Source: Welwitschia mirabilis | Taxonomy: Eukaryota | Length of the DNA stretch: 64,000 bases | Direction of reading: 5' to 3' | Assembly: GCA_051453625.1 (NCBI GenBank) | Contig: JBOZIK010000001.1 | Span: 27,875,854 to 27,939,853 of the forward strand | Part shown: positions 39,901-53,600 of the stretch, piece by piece | Layout: each line of letters opens with the position of its first letter | Numbering within the stretch: the stretch's first letter is position 1 | Program-made: the position numbers and the translations under genes | Notes under the pieces: generated by a model | The model's database searches: none | The model's input: only the letters and a program-made list of their open reading frames with translations | Told to the model about the DNA's origin: nothing

Positions 39901-41828
39901 ATCTGATAAGTTAATCTCTTTCTTAGGATCTCCTAGAATGATTTTCATGATCCCTTTCCTAGAATAAATAATATCATATACATTTACCATCCAAGATCTT
40001 CCTAGATTTACTATATGAGTATCTCTATGAGTCTTCATTACTAAAGAATTTACATGTATATAAATATCTAACATTCAATGGATATATCTTTTAGAACTCT
40101 TCCTAGTATCACTACTGAACCATTTTCTAGGTATACTTTTCTTTGATAAGGTACCAATTTTGATTTTTCTAATTCCTCATAAGTCTCATATTCCATGACA
40201 TTAACACTTGCTTCTAGATCTATAAGTGCTTCTACTTTAAGCTTTCCATTAATTTCTATGTCTATCATAGGTGATCCTAAATCACTATACATTTTATGTT
40301 GTTTATTTTGAAGAACTTATGTGGAAGTCAAAGAAATGTAGTCTTTCTTAGCCATTTTAATTTATTTTTCCTTTTTAATTTTTTTCTTATATCTTTGTTT
40401 TAATTGCATGCTCTTCATTTGCCTCAAATACATAGGTACATATTTTAGTAATTTAAAAAGAGCTAATAATATATTTTATCTTGTAATACTTTTGTTAAAT
40501 ATTTTATGTCCTTTTCAACATTTAGATGTTTTATTTGTTTTCTTCTTATTGAAAAAGGTGGATTTACTGATGCATTAATTACTCCTTCCTTTCCTGTATT
40601 TATTTCTTCACCAACTGGAGAGCTATTTAAACTTATTTTCTTTCCTTACTCTTCATCTATTACCACTTGATTCTTAGATCTAGTAGTTACTGCTTTACTT
40701 GTTGCTTCCCTTGGATTTGGTTCAAATTGAGTGAAAATTTTTTGTTTTGTCTTCTCTACCTTTTTTCTTTTTGTTCATGTCTTTTAGATATTTGTTTCTT
40801 TAATTCCTATAATAATCATATTTCTCTTGTATTTTAGAATTTACATCATTTTATAAAGGCTTTTCTAACTTACCTCTTCATTTTATACTTTGGTAATAAT
40901 ATGTTTTTTTTCTTTCTTAAGGTTGATTTCCCATATTTAAATCTACTCTATAAATATCAAACCAATGAATGAATTCCTACATCTAGAAATATTTTATTCC
41001 TTTATGATTATCATCTTCACAATATTTGTTTGTAGGTCCTTCTATTTTTTTAAAATTTTATACAACTAACTTATCAAATTTTTCCATCATATTATTAATT
41101 AATTTTTAAGATACTTCATCTATAAGGCTAGTATGGCTTAAACTATACATACTATCATCTATTTCTGGGGTAAACACTTCATTTATTCTTTTCTTCTTTT
41201 TACTTTCTTGTCCCCATCCTTAATTCATGTTATAAAACTGAGTAATAGATTCTTGTATCTCTTGAATATTCTTTGTCTTGATGCTTCCTCTACATACTAA
41301 GTCTAATTCCTTTAAAGTTTTATTTTGTAATCTTCTAAGTAAATCTCTCACTCATTCTCTAGATACAATTCAATGACTAAAAAATTTAGCTAAAAATATA
41401 TTATATCTATTAATAAAATCATTAATCCTTTCATTATCTTTTTGTTTAATATTCAAAATTTATTCTCTTAAATCTTCAACTATTCTTATGGGTTAAAATT
41501 TAGCTAGGAAAGCATTTTTAAGAGCTTCACATAAACTAAAAGCATGATTAGGATTTTGTAATACCATATCTAGGAATATCCTTTTATATAAAAATGAAAA
41601 TACCTTAGAAAATTAGATTCTGAGTTAAAATAATTTTCTTCATAAGAGGCATCAAACAAACTTAAATCTAATATAGGTTATTCTAATTTCTTATTCTCAA
41701 AAGTTGTTATTGACATTATATTTATATTTCTCACTTTTTTTTGGTATTATAATGTTATAGGATTTATAGGACTTAAATATTCTAACCAATAAGTTTCATT
41801 ATTCAAAAGTCTTGAATGTCCATCATCT
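36985..41828 (-). pseudogene. gag-pol: Near-complete degenerate gag-pol, family B Gypsy
   Basis: ALIDLEASVNVM (protease), YKDHFFLPFID, KLSIDDF (RT), PFHIMTDISSYGMG (RNase H), IDYFTM*V, YHP*FNGQAKVTNREI, VNG*RLKMYY (integrase). Confidence 0.93.
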
Positions 41829-41928
41829 NNNNNNNNNNNNNNNNNNNNNNNNNNNNNNNNNNNNNNNNNNNNNNNNNNNNNNNNNNNNNNNNNNNNNNNN
41901 NNNNNNNNNNNNNNNNNNNNNNNNNNNN

Positions 41929-44900
41929 GTACCCTTGACCCACTAGTCTATTTTGTTCTTTATAATCTCATTTTTCTCATTTACTTTATTTTTAAAAATC
42001 TACTTTATACCTATGACATTTTTTCTAGTTGATTTTGAAATAAGAAAGCAAACCTAATTTCAAATGAATTGTTTAAGTTCTTTTTGCATTACATTGATCC
42101 AACTAGGATCAGATTTAGCCTCCTCAAAGGATTTAGATTCTACTTGAGATAAAAAAGATACATAATCACTAAAGTCTTTAAGAGAATTTCTAGTAATAAT
42201 GCCTTGCTGAACATTTCCAATGATAGATTCTAGAGGATGGTCCTTGACTTTCTTAATTTCTGGGGTTATCTTATCTTTTGAAATTTTTTTGTTTTGATTG
42301 ATAGGACAAAAAGGAATTAGATATTCATCAAGGTTAATTGATTTTGAGGAATCTGAAACATGATGAATTTTTACATTAATAGATTCCTCCATATGTAGAG
42401 TTCATTTGTTAAACACTCTGTAGGCTCTACTATATTGATAGTACCCTAAAAAGATTCCTTCATTTAACTTATAATCAATTTTTTCTAATTCTTCTCTATC
42501 TCTTAGAATGAAGCACTTACTTTAAAAGGTTTTAAAGTAAGATATATTTGGCTTCTTTTGTTTCTAGAACTCATAAGGAGTTTTAGAAGTTCCAGGCCAT
42601 AAACATGCTCTGTTTGAAACATGACAAGTCATGATCACTGTTTTAGCCCAAAACCATTTTGGAATATCCTTGTCATTTAGCATAATTCTTGCCATATCTA
42701 ATAGGGTTAGATTTTTCTTTTTAGTTATTCCATTTTATGGATGAGTTTTAGGAGTTGAGAACTCATGGTCAATTCCATTTGAGTTACAATAGAGTTTAAA
42801 TGTTTTATTTTTAAACTCTTTACCATGATTACTTTAGATTTTCTTTATTATGTATCTTTTTTTGGTTTGAAGCTTCTTGTAAATTTTAATAAAATTTTCA
42901 TATGTATAATATTTTGCATGGAGAAATACTACCCACAAAAATCTAGAAAAGTCATTAACCATAATTAGAAAATATCTTTTTTAGATAAACTAGCAGTTTA
43001 AATAGGCCCAACTAAAGCCATATGAATTAAATCTAAAGGTTTACTAGTTGTAATATCGTTAATTCTTTTATGAGAGGTTTTGGTTTGTTTTCCTTTTTGA
43101 CAAGCATTACATAGCCCTTTATGAGAGAAAAAATTTTTAGAAAGACCCCTAATTGTCTCATCACGACATAATTTTTTTAATGAAGAAAAACTAATGTGAC
43201 CTAAATGCTAATGCTAGATGACATCTTCTTGAGTACAAGAAGATAGATAAGTAGAGTTATTAGATTAATTTACACAATACACATTTTCATGTCTATTTAC
43301 TACAAGTAATACTTAATATATTTTACTGTGTTTTATAATACATTTATTTTCATCAAAAAACACTTTATGACCTTTATTAAAAATCTGACTAATGCTTAAT
43401 AAATTATGCTTTAATCTATTGACAAATAATACATTGTGAATATTTGGTAAGTTACCTCCATTAATGCTTCCAATGCTTTTAATATGAGCTCTTCCATTGT
43501 CATCAAAAGTAACTTCTCCTCCATTGTATTCCTTAAAGTTGATGAAGTTTGACTTATTAGCTATCATATGTTTAGAGCAACTACTATCCAGATACTAGTA
43601 AGAATGATTAGTTACCTTTAAAGCCATTTGGATTAATAGGCCTTTATTTATGGATTTTGGGATCCACCTTAAGCATTTTGTTTTTGTTAGCATGATGATT
43701 TGATTTCTTGCAAAAAGTAAACTTAGATTCTAACATGGAGTGAGAAAACCAACTTTTGCAAAAGATACAAGAAATCTTAGAATGATCTTTTTTATTGCAA
43801 TAATGGTAGGTGATATTTGCTAAAGAGTTTTTAGAGTTTGTCTTAGACAAAGATTTGAAATATGAATAATAATTAGAATTAAACAAGCTAGAAAATGATT
43901 TTCTAGGGACTTCTTCTTTAATATGATAGGAGGTTGAGGCAAAGTTATTTTTTAGATCATGAATTCCCTTTTCTTTGATCTCAAGTTTATTTAGAACGTT
44001 TTTATTTTTCTTTCTTAGATTGTTTACTCTATGAGCTAGATTTTGACATTCCAAATATAATTCCATTTCTATATCATTAAGATTCTCATTACTAATAACT
44101 AAATCAATGAAAGGATAAGAGCATACCTTTTCATCGATGATCTCCATGAGAGAGATTCCACCACATTCTGAATCAGAGTTCAGTTCACTCTTACTTTCTT
44201 CATCGTTTCATGTTGCTAATAAGACTTTCTATCCTTTTTTTAAATTATCTTTTCTGTTGTTTGGATAGACACTTGATGTGTGACCAAAACCTTTGCATCA
44301 ATAGCACTGAATTTCACGTTGTCTTTCTTCTTTCCTTTTTGGTGGTTTCTTATACTAATCTCCACCTTGTTATCTCTGCATGAAGCATCTAAATCTTTTG
44401 ACTAGAAGAGCCACTTCATGATCGCTTTTTAGTTCTTGGTCAAATCCATCCTTGATATTAGTAATTTCATAAGTGAAATTTAATGTCATACTTTTATTTT
44501 TTTTGTTTTCTAAATTTGATCTTAAGTGTATGAAGGTCCCCTTGGAGTTTATCCATATTCATAATATTTAGGTCCTTTCCTTCTTCAATGGCAGTCACTT
44601 CTGATTTGAACCTTTTTGGCAGAGATATTAATGCTTTGCAAACTACTCTTGATTCTTTAATATTTTCACCCAAGCCACACATCTAATTNNNNNNNNNNAT
44701 CTTTCATCTATAGATCTTCAAATTGAGTGACTAGCATCTGAAGCTTAGCCTACTTTACTTGATTCCTTCATGAGCGATTTCCAATATGTCTCAAGATTAT
44801 TTGGAAATGGTGTAATTCACAACTCTTTTAAAATATTCTAGACCTATGGAATAGAAAATGGCATTTAGTCCTTTGAAGTTATAAGTTATGGTTAATTTTT

Positions 44901-45114
44901 CATCTGACATCCATTTGTCCTTGCTCTTCAGAGTAGCTAATTTGATTACTAGATCCTGCACAGTAGGAAGACAATACCCATTAGTAATAGAGTCCCCTAT
45001 TTCAAGGTAAATAGATTAAATAAAGACCCTTATATTTTCTTTTTAATAACAATAATTTATTCCATCAAAGAAGGGAGGTTTTATGACAAAATTTCCTTTA
45101 GCGAGCTGATTCAT
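41929..45114 (-). pseudogene. gag-pol: Degenerate Copia gag-pol
   Basis: MNQLAKG..KPPFFDGINY, SLPKRFKSEVTAIEE, zinc knuckles, YLDSSCSKHM, LKHNLLSISQ, KIXSNHGKEFKN, KDHPLESIIG, NVIGIK*IFKNK. Confidence 0.93.
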
Positions 45115-45165
45115 TTTCTAGGAATGAGTGGAGTAGAGATCTGTTAGAATCTATTGCTCAACCTT

Positions 45166-45177
45166 ACTCTGATACTA
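45166..45177 (-). promoter_or_regulatory. Primer binding site, tRNA-iMet type
   Basis: TAGTATCAGAGT (consensus TGGTATCAGAGC) just after the LTR end TTTCA. Confidence 0.85.
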
Positions 45178-45179
45178 AT

Positions 45180-46502
45180 TGAAAGTAGAGGATCAACCTT
45201 AGAGGGGAACGAATAGGTCATTAAAAATCAATTTCTATAGTCTTTACAACCTGAAAATAAAACATGTATATATGTAGCACATAAATGTGAGATATTTAAT
45301 GGTGGATAGACACCAACATTTAGCCCCTTAGATCTCCTATCCTTGGCTGGCATATATTAGCCTTCAATATTGGTTTTCAAGCTTACCAATTAATATATCA
45401 TAAATTTAGAGGATTTTATGGCTGATCCTCAACCACAGAAAAATGGAAGAAAAGAGAATGCATTGATTTTCTCTCAAAGGTATAATAATCTATTCTTTAA
45501 AGTAGATGCAATAATAGATCCAATCAGAAATCTGAACTTGAAACTAGTTTAGATACAATTCTAAAAGAATATGATAGATCTTCTTTTTCAATCTCTGATC
45601 TTATAAGAAAAGGGTGTCTTTCTTTTGATTGGAAGAGAACTTAAATACTAAAGGTACATAAGGTAACAATTTTATGATGGTGGAATGAACCATTGTACTT
45701 TTTAATGAACCATTGTACCTTTTTTATGAACTATTAAAAATGTAATGATTACATTTTTAATAGTTCATAAAAAAGGTATTTACTTTGTATAGTTAATCTT
45801 GATATAGTACTCAGTAGCTCGACCATCCTATCGCCCTTATTTTTAATCTTCGGTCACCCTTATTTGCTATAGATTCTTTAGTATAGAATAGATGCATCTT
45901 CAGCTGCCCTTATGATTATCTGTAGTCGACCTTAATTTAGTCACCTTGACATTGATTACTCGGTTAACCTTGTGAGGGTATATTTTGAGCAGAATGTGGT
46001 TACTTGTAATTACATCGTTCAGTTACCCCTACTTTTAACAGATTCAAGATTCACTAATTGTTGTGTGATCACATGTCTGCAACTTGTTGGTCACCCACTC
46101 TGTCATCAGACTGAACTTCGCAGATTGTAATGTGATCATCCTTATTAGTTTCATGATTGCCTATGTTTGCCCTAGTTCTTACAAAAAGGCTCAAACTGGG
46201 TTATTCAAATATGAGTTTTTAGTCACCCCTTCTTGAACCAGTCTTATTCTTAATTTATTAACTTGATTGTTGAGCATAATGCTCTCAGACATTTATTTTG
46301 TAATCAGTCATTTTATTTATCTGCATCAGTTTGGTCACTCGATGTTCTCTGTGCAGTCATTAGATTCTGAATTAGTTTCATAGTTCTTTAGTAGGTTGGT
46401 TGCCCAGTATTAGGAGTCAGTCACCCAATGCTAAAAAATCTCTACACAATTGACTAACTACAAAAACTCACTAATTTGATCAATGACAATGGATTCCCAA
46501 CA
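45180..46502 (-). repeat. 5' LTR of Copia element (~1.32 kb)
   Basis: TG..CA termini; AGAGGGGAACGAATAGG motif near the end; repeated GTCACCC motifs at 45810-46430. Confidence 0.8.
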
Positions 46503-46960
46503 CATAAATTATATTCTGTTATCTATTTTTAGTTTAACATAAACATGTTTATAATAGTGAATGTCTTTCATTAGCTCATTCAGTATAGAAGTCTTTATCA
46601 AGGTATATGTTTTTCTCCTATTTAAGCTTTAGATTTAGTCTAGATGTATTTGTTCCTACAGATGTATTTGTCATAGAAATCTTTAATCATATAGATGTCT
46701 CTAGGTACTTTGTCTAACTTTTATGAATTCTAAACTAAATATTCTATTATCTTAAGCTTTTTATGCATCTCTTATTAACTAACTTAGTCCTTAAATTTGA
46801 CTAGTTACTAATTCTTGTTTATAATCTAAGTGCCTTGGAAATATTAGAGATATCTTTAATACCTTATCTGCACATTACTTACATTATATTTGATAAGTGG
46901 AATCATTAAAATTGGGATTTTGTTAACTATCACCCCTTTTTAGATGATTTCCAAAACTTA
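46503..46960 (-). repeat. Fragment of another SIRE-like 3' LTR with PPT (probable host of the adjacent Copia)
   Basis: Minus strand ATCATCTAAAAAGGGGTGATAGTTAAC..TTTTAATGAT resembles a SIRE PPT/LTR junction. Confidence 0.5.
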
Positions 46961-47234
46961 TAAATCCTATTAATATAAGAATTTATAATTTTACTTAATA
47001 TAATAAAAAAATAGGGATAAATCATAGGTGAATTACAAACTAGCACAAAAGAGTACCACTGTCTAATTAGTACATGAATGCATTAAAAATTGCAATAAGT
47101 AGTAACATGGAAAACACCTCTGATGAGCACACAATCTAGCATAAACAATGGTAGTGCTAATAATTAGATTATCATTCATGAAAAGATGTAGAAAAAATAT
47201 ACTATAGTCAATTTAAAAGTACAACAAGGTAATT

Positions 47235-48180
47235 AACAAAAGCTTATATTGTGAAATAAGTACAAAAATACTATGAAAGTATGCTAGAAAATGCAAAAAA
47301 CTATGATACTATTAACTAAAATAATATTAAACCATTAAATTAAAATCAAAGGTTTACTAAAGAACTAGTTGAGACCATTAACACTACAATCATTTAGTTC
47401 AAAATGCATCATCAAGATAAACTCATGATAAAGTTACTTGAACTATTTAGGTTGATAATTGATACATTTACTATATACATATATAATACTATGGGAAATG
47501 AAAAAAATGAAAAAAATAATAAAATATTTACTAAATACTAAACAATAATTATTTCTAAACATTGGTAATTATTCTAATTTATGTTTATCTATATAAATAG
47601 AAATAAGTAAAAGAGAATATTACTTTTTTAAGTAATAAAACATGTTTACAATACTGATTAAAAAATACTAGCTTTTTGGCTTTATATTATATTATTAGAA
47701 TGTTACATGGAATATCTAACAAGTTTGTGTTTTTCTTTACAGTAAACTGGACCATTAAAGATGCTACTACATCCTTTGTAGGATATCTAAAGATTTCCTT
47801 TTACCTCTTTCTTAGTTCTCTTTCTAAAGTTTTTTTGCTAAAAGATCCATTCTCTCCATGGTAATCCTCTTCTTATACCATTTATCCCATTTTTATTTTA
47901 TCTTTTCCTTTCTTTACTTCCAAAAAATAGGTGTATGGTTTAACTTATTACTATATTTCTATCACCTTAATTTTCTTTCTTATCCTCATACAAAATAACA
48001 TTTGTACGTGAAACAAAATGATATAATATATATTTGCTAACTTACTAACATACTAACTAACTAATCTATTAACTAGCTAATACATTAAGATAAACACTAG
48101 AGATTAAATATTGAATACTATCTAAAATATATAATTATAAGAACAAAAATATTTTATTAACAAGAAAGATTTACATCATT
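47235..48180 (-). repeat. Family B LTR fragment
   Basis: Collinear similarity with 32245-33185 (e.g. TACTAACATACTAAC, AATATTACTTTTT.AAGTAATAAA); no PBS visible. Confidence 0.75.
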
Positions 48181-48536
48181 ATCTTTACTCATCATCTCCT
48201 ACAAGAAAAACTTAGAGGTAACATAGGAATGAAAACTTACAAAAATTAAGAAATTACAAAAATTAAATATTAAAAATAAAAACCAAAAAAAAAAATGAAT
48301 TTAAGCAAAACAAGAAAAGCAAATGTATATCCTAGACTAATAAAAGACGAGAAAAACTAGTATGATTTGAAGAAGAAATATAAATTAAGAAATTAAAAGT
48401 GTAAAATAACCTAAGAAGAAGAAAAATTGTATATACACACTACACAGGTAAATAAATTAAAATAAAATTATATACCTATGTAATGAAATTAAACCTTGTA
48501 GCTTCCTTAAATTCCTCTCCCATAATTATATCAACT

Positions 48537-49885
48537 TGTTAGAGTGTAAATTGTGTACTCAAATTCTTATTTCTTTTGAATGAATCTCTAATATTTAGTA
48601 CGTAAAATCTTTAATAAAACTCACATGAAATGCACTAATATGTGGGCATTAATCCTAAATGTTGTAATCTAAAGAGGAATTTAAAAGAGGAAGTAAGAGA
48701 ATCACTTTAATAAAGAAAAATAGATTTGAATTAATTTTCTAATTTAATTATAAAATCTAAAATGCAATGTAATAGATGAATTCAATCCTAAATGCAAGTT
48801 CAAACTAGGTATTCTAACTCATTGTTATGTAAGTTAGCCCTTATAATCTGTGTTAATTATAATTACTTCTCACTTAAAAGTAATCAATATAAATCATAAG
48901 GAATATATGAAGAATATTTAAGAAAAGCACTTCAAATAATATTTCATTAATGAAAATGTTCACATTCAGTTAAATAATAAGAACTCATTAATGGAGGAAG
49001 CATAGCCCCAGATCAAGCAATGTCCTTCTCTACAAGTAATATGGATCATTTTCTTAAGTGGTTTTCAATTTATCACAATAATAATTACTACAACTAAGAT
49101 GAGTAAATGGGGGATCTAAGGGGGTATTTATAGATTTTTGGATGACTATAACAGTTATTTAAAAGTTGTAACTAATTAGAGGTAATCATAATAATGATCA
49201 TATAATTGGTGGGATTAATTTTGTATTCTTTATATTTGTCATCCACTTGGATGTTATCCAGATGACTAGGTGGGTGACCATTGATATTTCGTCTTCTCAT
49301 GGATTTTAGTCTTTTCTATGCTTTCTTAGTGATGATTAACACTTCATGTTCTTTATTCTATCCTAGATGTCATCTAAATAACAAGGTGAATAACTCTCAA
49401 ATGTCAGTTTTATAAGTTCTATTTCTTATGATTCTACAAGTTGTTCTATTTGTCATCTAGATGATGAGGTGAATGATAGGTGATCTTTAATATAATTTGC
49501 TTCCTTTTGTTATAATTGGCTTTCCTCTTATCATATTAATCTTTCTTTATCTTTTTCAAGTACATTGACTATTTAGGTTACCAAGGACTAGTAATAGATT
49601 AAGAGAGTCATATCACTAATTTTGTAACATCATCTTGGTGTAACATCTTCTTTAATATTTCTTCTTTATGTAATTTTTTTTTATGTAATGTCTTCTTGGT
49701 GTAACATCTTTTTTCAATTTTTTTTAAATGATTCATAATTAATTCATTTTTATTTAAATTATTATTACTTCCTTATCTTTGGTCTTTACCATTAAAAGTG
49801 ATTAATTTAAGTATTAAACCTATAAAATGAAATTGAAAAAATACTCCAAATATCTTGTTAAATATGGCCAATTTGGATCGTAATA
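48537..49885 (-). repeat. Family A-related 5' LTR followed by a decayed PBS (48517-48536)
   Basis: TATTACGATCCAAATT...CACTCTAACA then AGTTGATATAATTATGGGAG; CTATAAATACCCC box ~49121-49133. Confidence 0.65.
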
Positions 49886-50647
49886 GAAATAATATTTTCT
49901 AGCTTGAAAATAGATTTGATTTTAATATATCACTAAATAATTAATATGAAAAAAAGGAATTCATTTCCTTTATTTCCATGAATACATGAGTAGTTTTTCT
50001 TAGAAAGAACATGACATTTAATCACTCAAAATTTACCATTTAAAAGACTATAATAAAGGATTTTCTATTTAAATAAGGGTATGATAATTTACTAGATGGA
50101 ATTATATCTATAAAGAAGGATGAATATTTATGTCTAAATGGATGTATTCTATTCATGAATGATAATGATGAAATTTATTCTTTGGATTATAATATCATGG
50201 ATTCTAAAGATATCTAGAACTTGCTATAAGACATCTTTTAAGTTATAAGAAAATCATATAAATAGTCAATAATTCATCAATATTTTATGGTAAATCTTAA
50301 AAATATTAAACAAATCAATAATCTTTAAAAAATATCATTTACATAGAAGAATACTTATATTTAGATTTTAATGTAGAGATAATGCTATGAAAACACCAAG
50401 AAAACTTTGTAATTATCTATTTAACTAGGAATAAAAAGTAAAAAATAAATATGTAAAAAAATAAAATATTAGAGGTAATGTATAAATCACTTTATATTAA
50501 TAGTGTGAAAGGTATACTGCTTACAAATTAAAATTATTTATAGTATCACTTCTATAAATATCCTCAATAGTAACCTCTAAAAGCCTTACTTTGGATTATA
50601 CTACTTTCATTACTTTGGTTCTTATATCCTTTGAAAAATAATATAAA

Positions 50648-53600
50648 TGATTGAAAAGCCAAAATTTTGTATATTTATTTCATAATTTGATTAAATTATT
50701 TGAATTAATTAAATCATGCTTTATACATTTTTGGTTTGTATTTTAGTTTATATTGTAATTACTATAGAGAGAACATTTACAATACATACATGTCTCTACA
50801 CACATTAAGACACTCTAATAGGGATAGGGTAACTTGATAAGAGAGTATAAGGAGAAGAAACTGAAAGACAAAAAATAGAAACCCCTATTCTTATGACACT
50901 ATAATTAAGAAGGAAGAAGAATAAACCAAGAAGGAGATAGAGGCCAAGGATAAAAGAGAAGGAAGGAAGTGAGTTAATAATCTTTGGAAAAAGGGAAAAG
51001 CATACTAGCAATAGCTAAAACAAGATTACAAGATAGAGATCAAGAAGAGAGAAGCTCCAAGGACATGCTAAGAAGGAGAGCAACACTCCTTGTAGTTTTA
51101 AATATTACCTAAAAAATAAAGAATTTTGATTATTACTCTCTAAAATTATGACACTAGTTGAATTTGAGAATTAAAACGTTATTTATGATGTTATTATAAT
51201 GAGTTAATATTTTACTTTAAAAAGTAAAGTTCCTATATTCTACTACTATATCTTTATCTTAAAGGTATCAAGATATTGTAGTGGTTAGAAATAGGTGCTA
51301 TTTAGTACTTCTACAAGATGTTTTTCTATTATTTAATTTCTAGGCTTGTATTTTATGTATATATAAAGGTAGTTGAATAATATTAATTTACACATTAAAT
51401 AAATTAAAATTTATAAATAAGTTAGTTCTTAACTTAAAAGATCTAAGCAACTATTCTTAAGAGTTAATTCTTAGAAATACACTTTAAATTAAGGCAGTTG
51501 AAACTTGGTTGTCTTTGTTAGTTCTGTAGTAAGCCTCTTAGAAAATTATTAACAACTTTGTTTATTTAACAATGCATTAGCTAGTAGTTTTAAAACTATA
51601 TTATATAATTTATTATATTCTTACATTCTTTTTATATAAAAATAAGTACCTATCATTTTGGCACTATAAGAAGGAACTCTAAAGTTAATTAACAAAGATA
51701 AAGAAGTGTGTAGTACAAAAATATAGAGAAGGAAAATGGAGAGATGAAAGGAAAATATTTATGAGGAATTCTAAAAAATATGATTTAGAAGAACAAGGGT
51801 AGTAAATCTTAGAAATAGATAAAATAAGAAGACACTAACATGCATGAATCAACATTAGGTCAAGTAGTAAAAGAACAAATTTTTCATTAACTTATGAAGG
51901 AAATGAAATAATGAATAACCAACTTGCTTGAGGTACCTCATGAATCTACAGAGTCTTCTAGAAATAACTATGATCAGACCCCTAAAAATAAATTTGTGGT
52001 AGGGGATTATTAGGACTATGAAGTATTAATATTTTAAATATTGATACTCATTAGCTATAGGACTTAACTCCTATTAATGTAAATGTCTTGGAAATTTCAA
52101 ATAAAATAAGAAACATTAATACTATAACAATAACTCACATTAAAGGTAACAAATTTGAAGAACGTCTCTCTTCATCTATGTTTATTTGACTTTTTCTATA
52201 AGGATAAAGTATTTAGACATAGAATATAAACATTTGAGATAATTTATTTTTTCTTTAAAAATAAAGACCTAATTTTGGTATAATAGGAATCCTAAGCATG
52301 TTTTTAATTCTTAGGGAGTGCTAAAAAATTCTTTCTTAGATAAACTTTAGCCCATGAAAATAATATAGGATATGAGAAATTACATTATATTAAACAAAAA
52401 TATAATAAAATATTTGATTAATTTATTAATAAATATAATATATTATTAGCTAGGTATTCGAATTATGAAATTTAATCTAGAGAAAGAGTATGAGCTTTAC
52501 TAAGAGAATTACAAAGTATAACTTTAAAGGAATTAGATTAGTTATGTCAAGGACGAATTACAATGAAAAACATGCAAGAAATTAAAGAAGATATGATAAA
52601 ATTTTGTGAAAGTTAAGGTTTGACTCAAGAGAAAAAAAGAAAAAGAAAGTGAGGTATCTACTTCTAAAATTGAGGGAGTTATTTATAGCTCTAAACATAT
52701 TAGTCTTACACAAGACATAGCTAAGAAAGTGAGTGATAATTTAATTAAAAATTTTGATTAATTATCCATTTAACATTTAAAAAAAATAAGAAGAACCTAT
52801 TTGTAAATATTATAAAGAAGAAGACTATGAAGAGACTAGTTGTCTTTAGATGCAAGAGTTTTTTAATGGTTAGATATAAATATACTAAATCTAAATGCAA
52901 TAAATTAATCACAAACTAAAAATAAATCTTATTTCTAGTAAAGTAGAAAATGGAAATTAATGATGAAAATCCTTTGCAGAAATATGTCAACTTTAAAAGA
53001 AAAGAACAATATGAATATTATAAAAACTAAACAAATAAAGATATTAAGGATGATAAAGAAAAGTAAGACTTAGATAAACAAGGGGTAAATATTCTTGTCT
53101 GGCCATAACAAAATCCTAGAGAAGCCACCAATAAAGTAGTATCAACTAGATTAGAAAAACCTAAAGTAATGAATTGAAAACCAAAAAGAAAAAAAACCAA
53201 ATAAATAATCTAACTTAACTAGTAAAAAACTAAAATGAAAATGAAAGAGTGATAAAGGAACAATTAGAAACTATGCCTTTTCTTATAAGAAGTAAAATAA
53301 TTAAGCATTCTAAGATTTAAAAAACATTTTCATTATCATTTATAGATCAAGTTATAGAAAGGAGTTTTAGATATCATTATGATAATTTTCTTAATTGATA
53401 ATAACATATACATTTAAAGAATTACCTTATGGATTATGCAACACCCTAGGCACATTTCAAAGCTTAATAAATAGTATCTTTCAAGCTATGATTGAAATAT
53501 TAGTGGAAGTATTTATGGATGACTTTTTAACCTTTGAAAATAAATTTGAAGAGGTTTTAAATAGATTAAAAATAGCTTTAGAAATGTTTAAAGAGAATAA

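Larger units (their letters stand above)
41929..46502 (-). mobile_element. SIRE-like Ty1/Copia element, 5' LTR through start of RT (cut by a gap)
   Basis: LTR TGTTGGGAATCC...CTACTTTCA (45180-46502), Met PBS, Copia order gag-AP-INT-RT. Confidence 0.92.

Noticed and set aside
16745-46502. The two Copia remnants as halves of one element
   Set aside because: Their LTRs differ in sequence and internal motifs, flanks do not form a TSD, and both contain the integrase RSxHG region
47119-47165. CTGATGAG followed by a GCAC..GTGC stem, resembling a hammerhead ribozyme core
   Set aside because: No GAAA after stem II and no stems I/III; TGATGAG is also a common Gypsy LTR terminus
49620-49715. Short repeats of TGTAACATCTTCT as a CRISPR-like array
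   Set aside because: Irregular degenerate tandem units inside an LTR, with no spacers or cas genes, in a eukaryotic context
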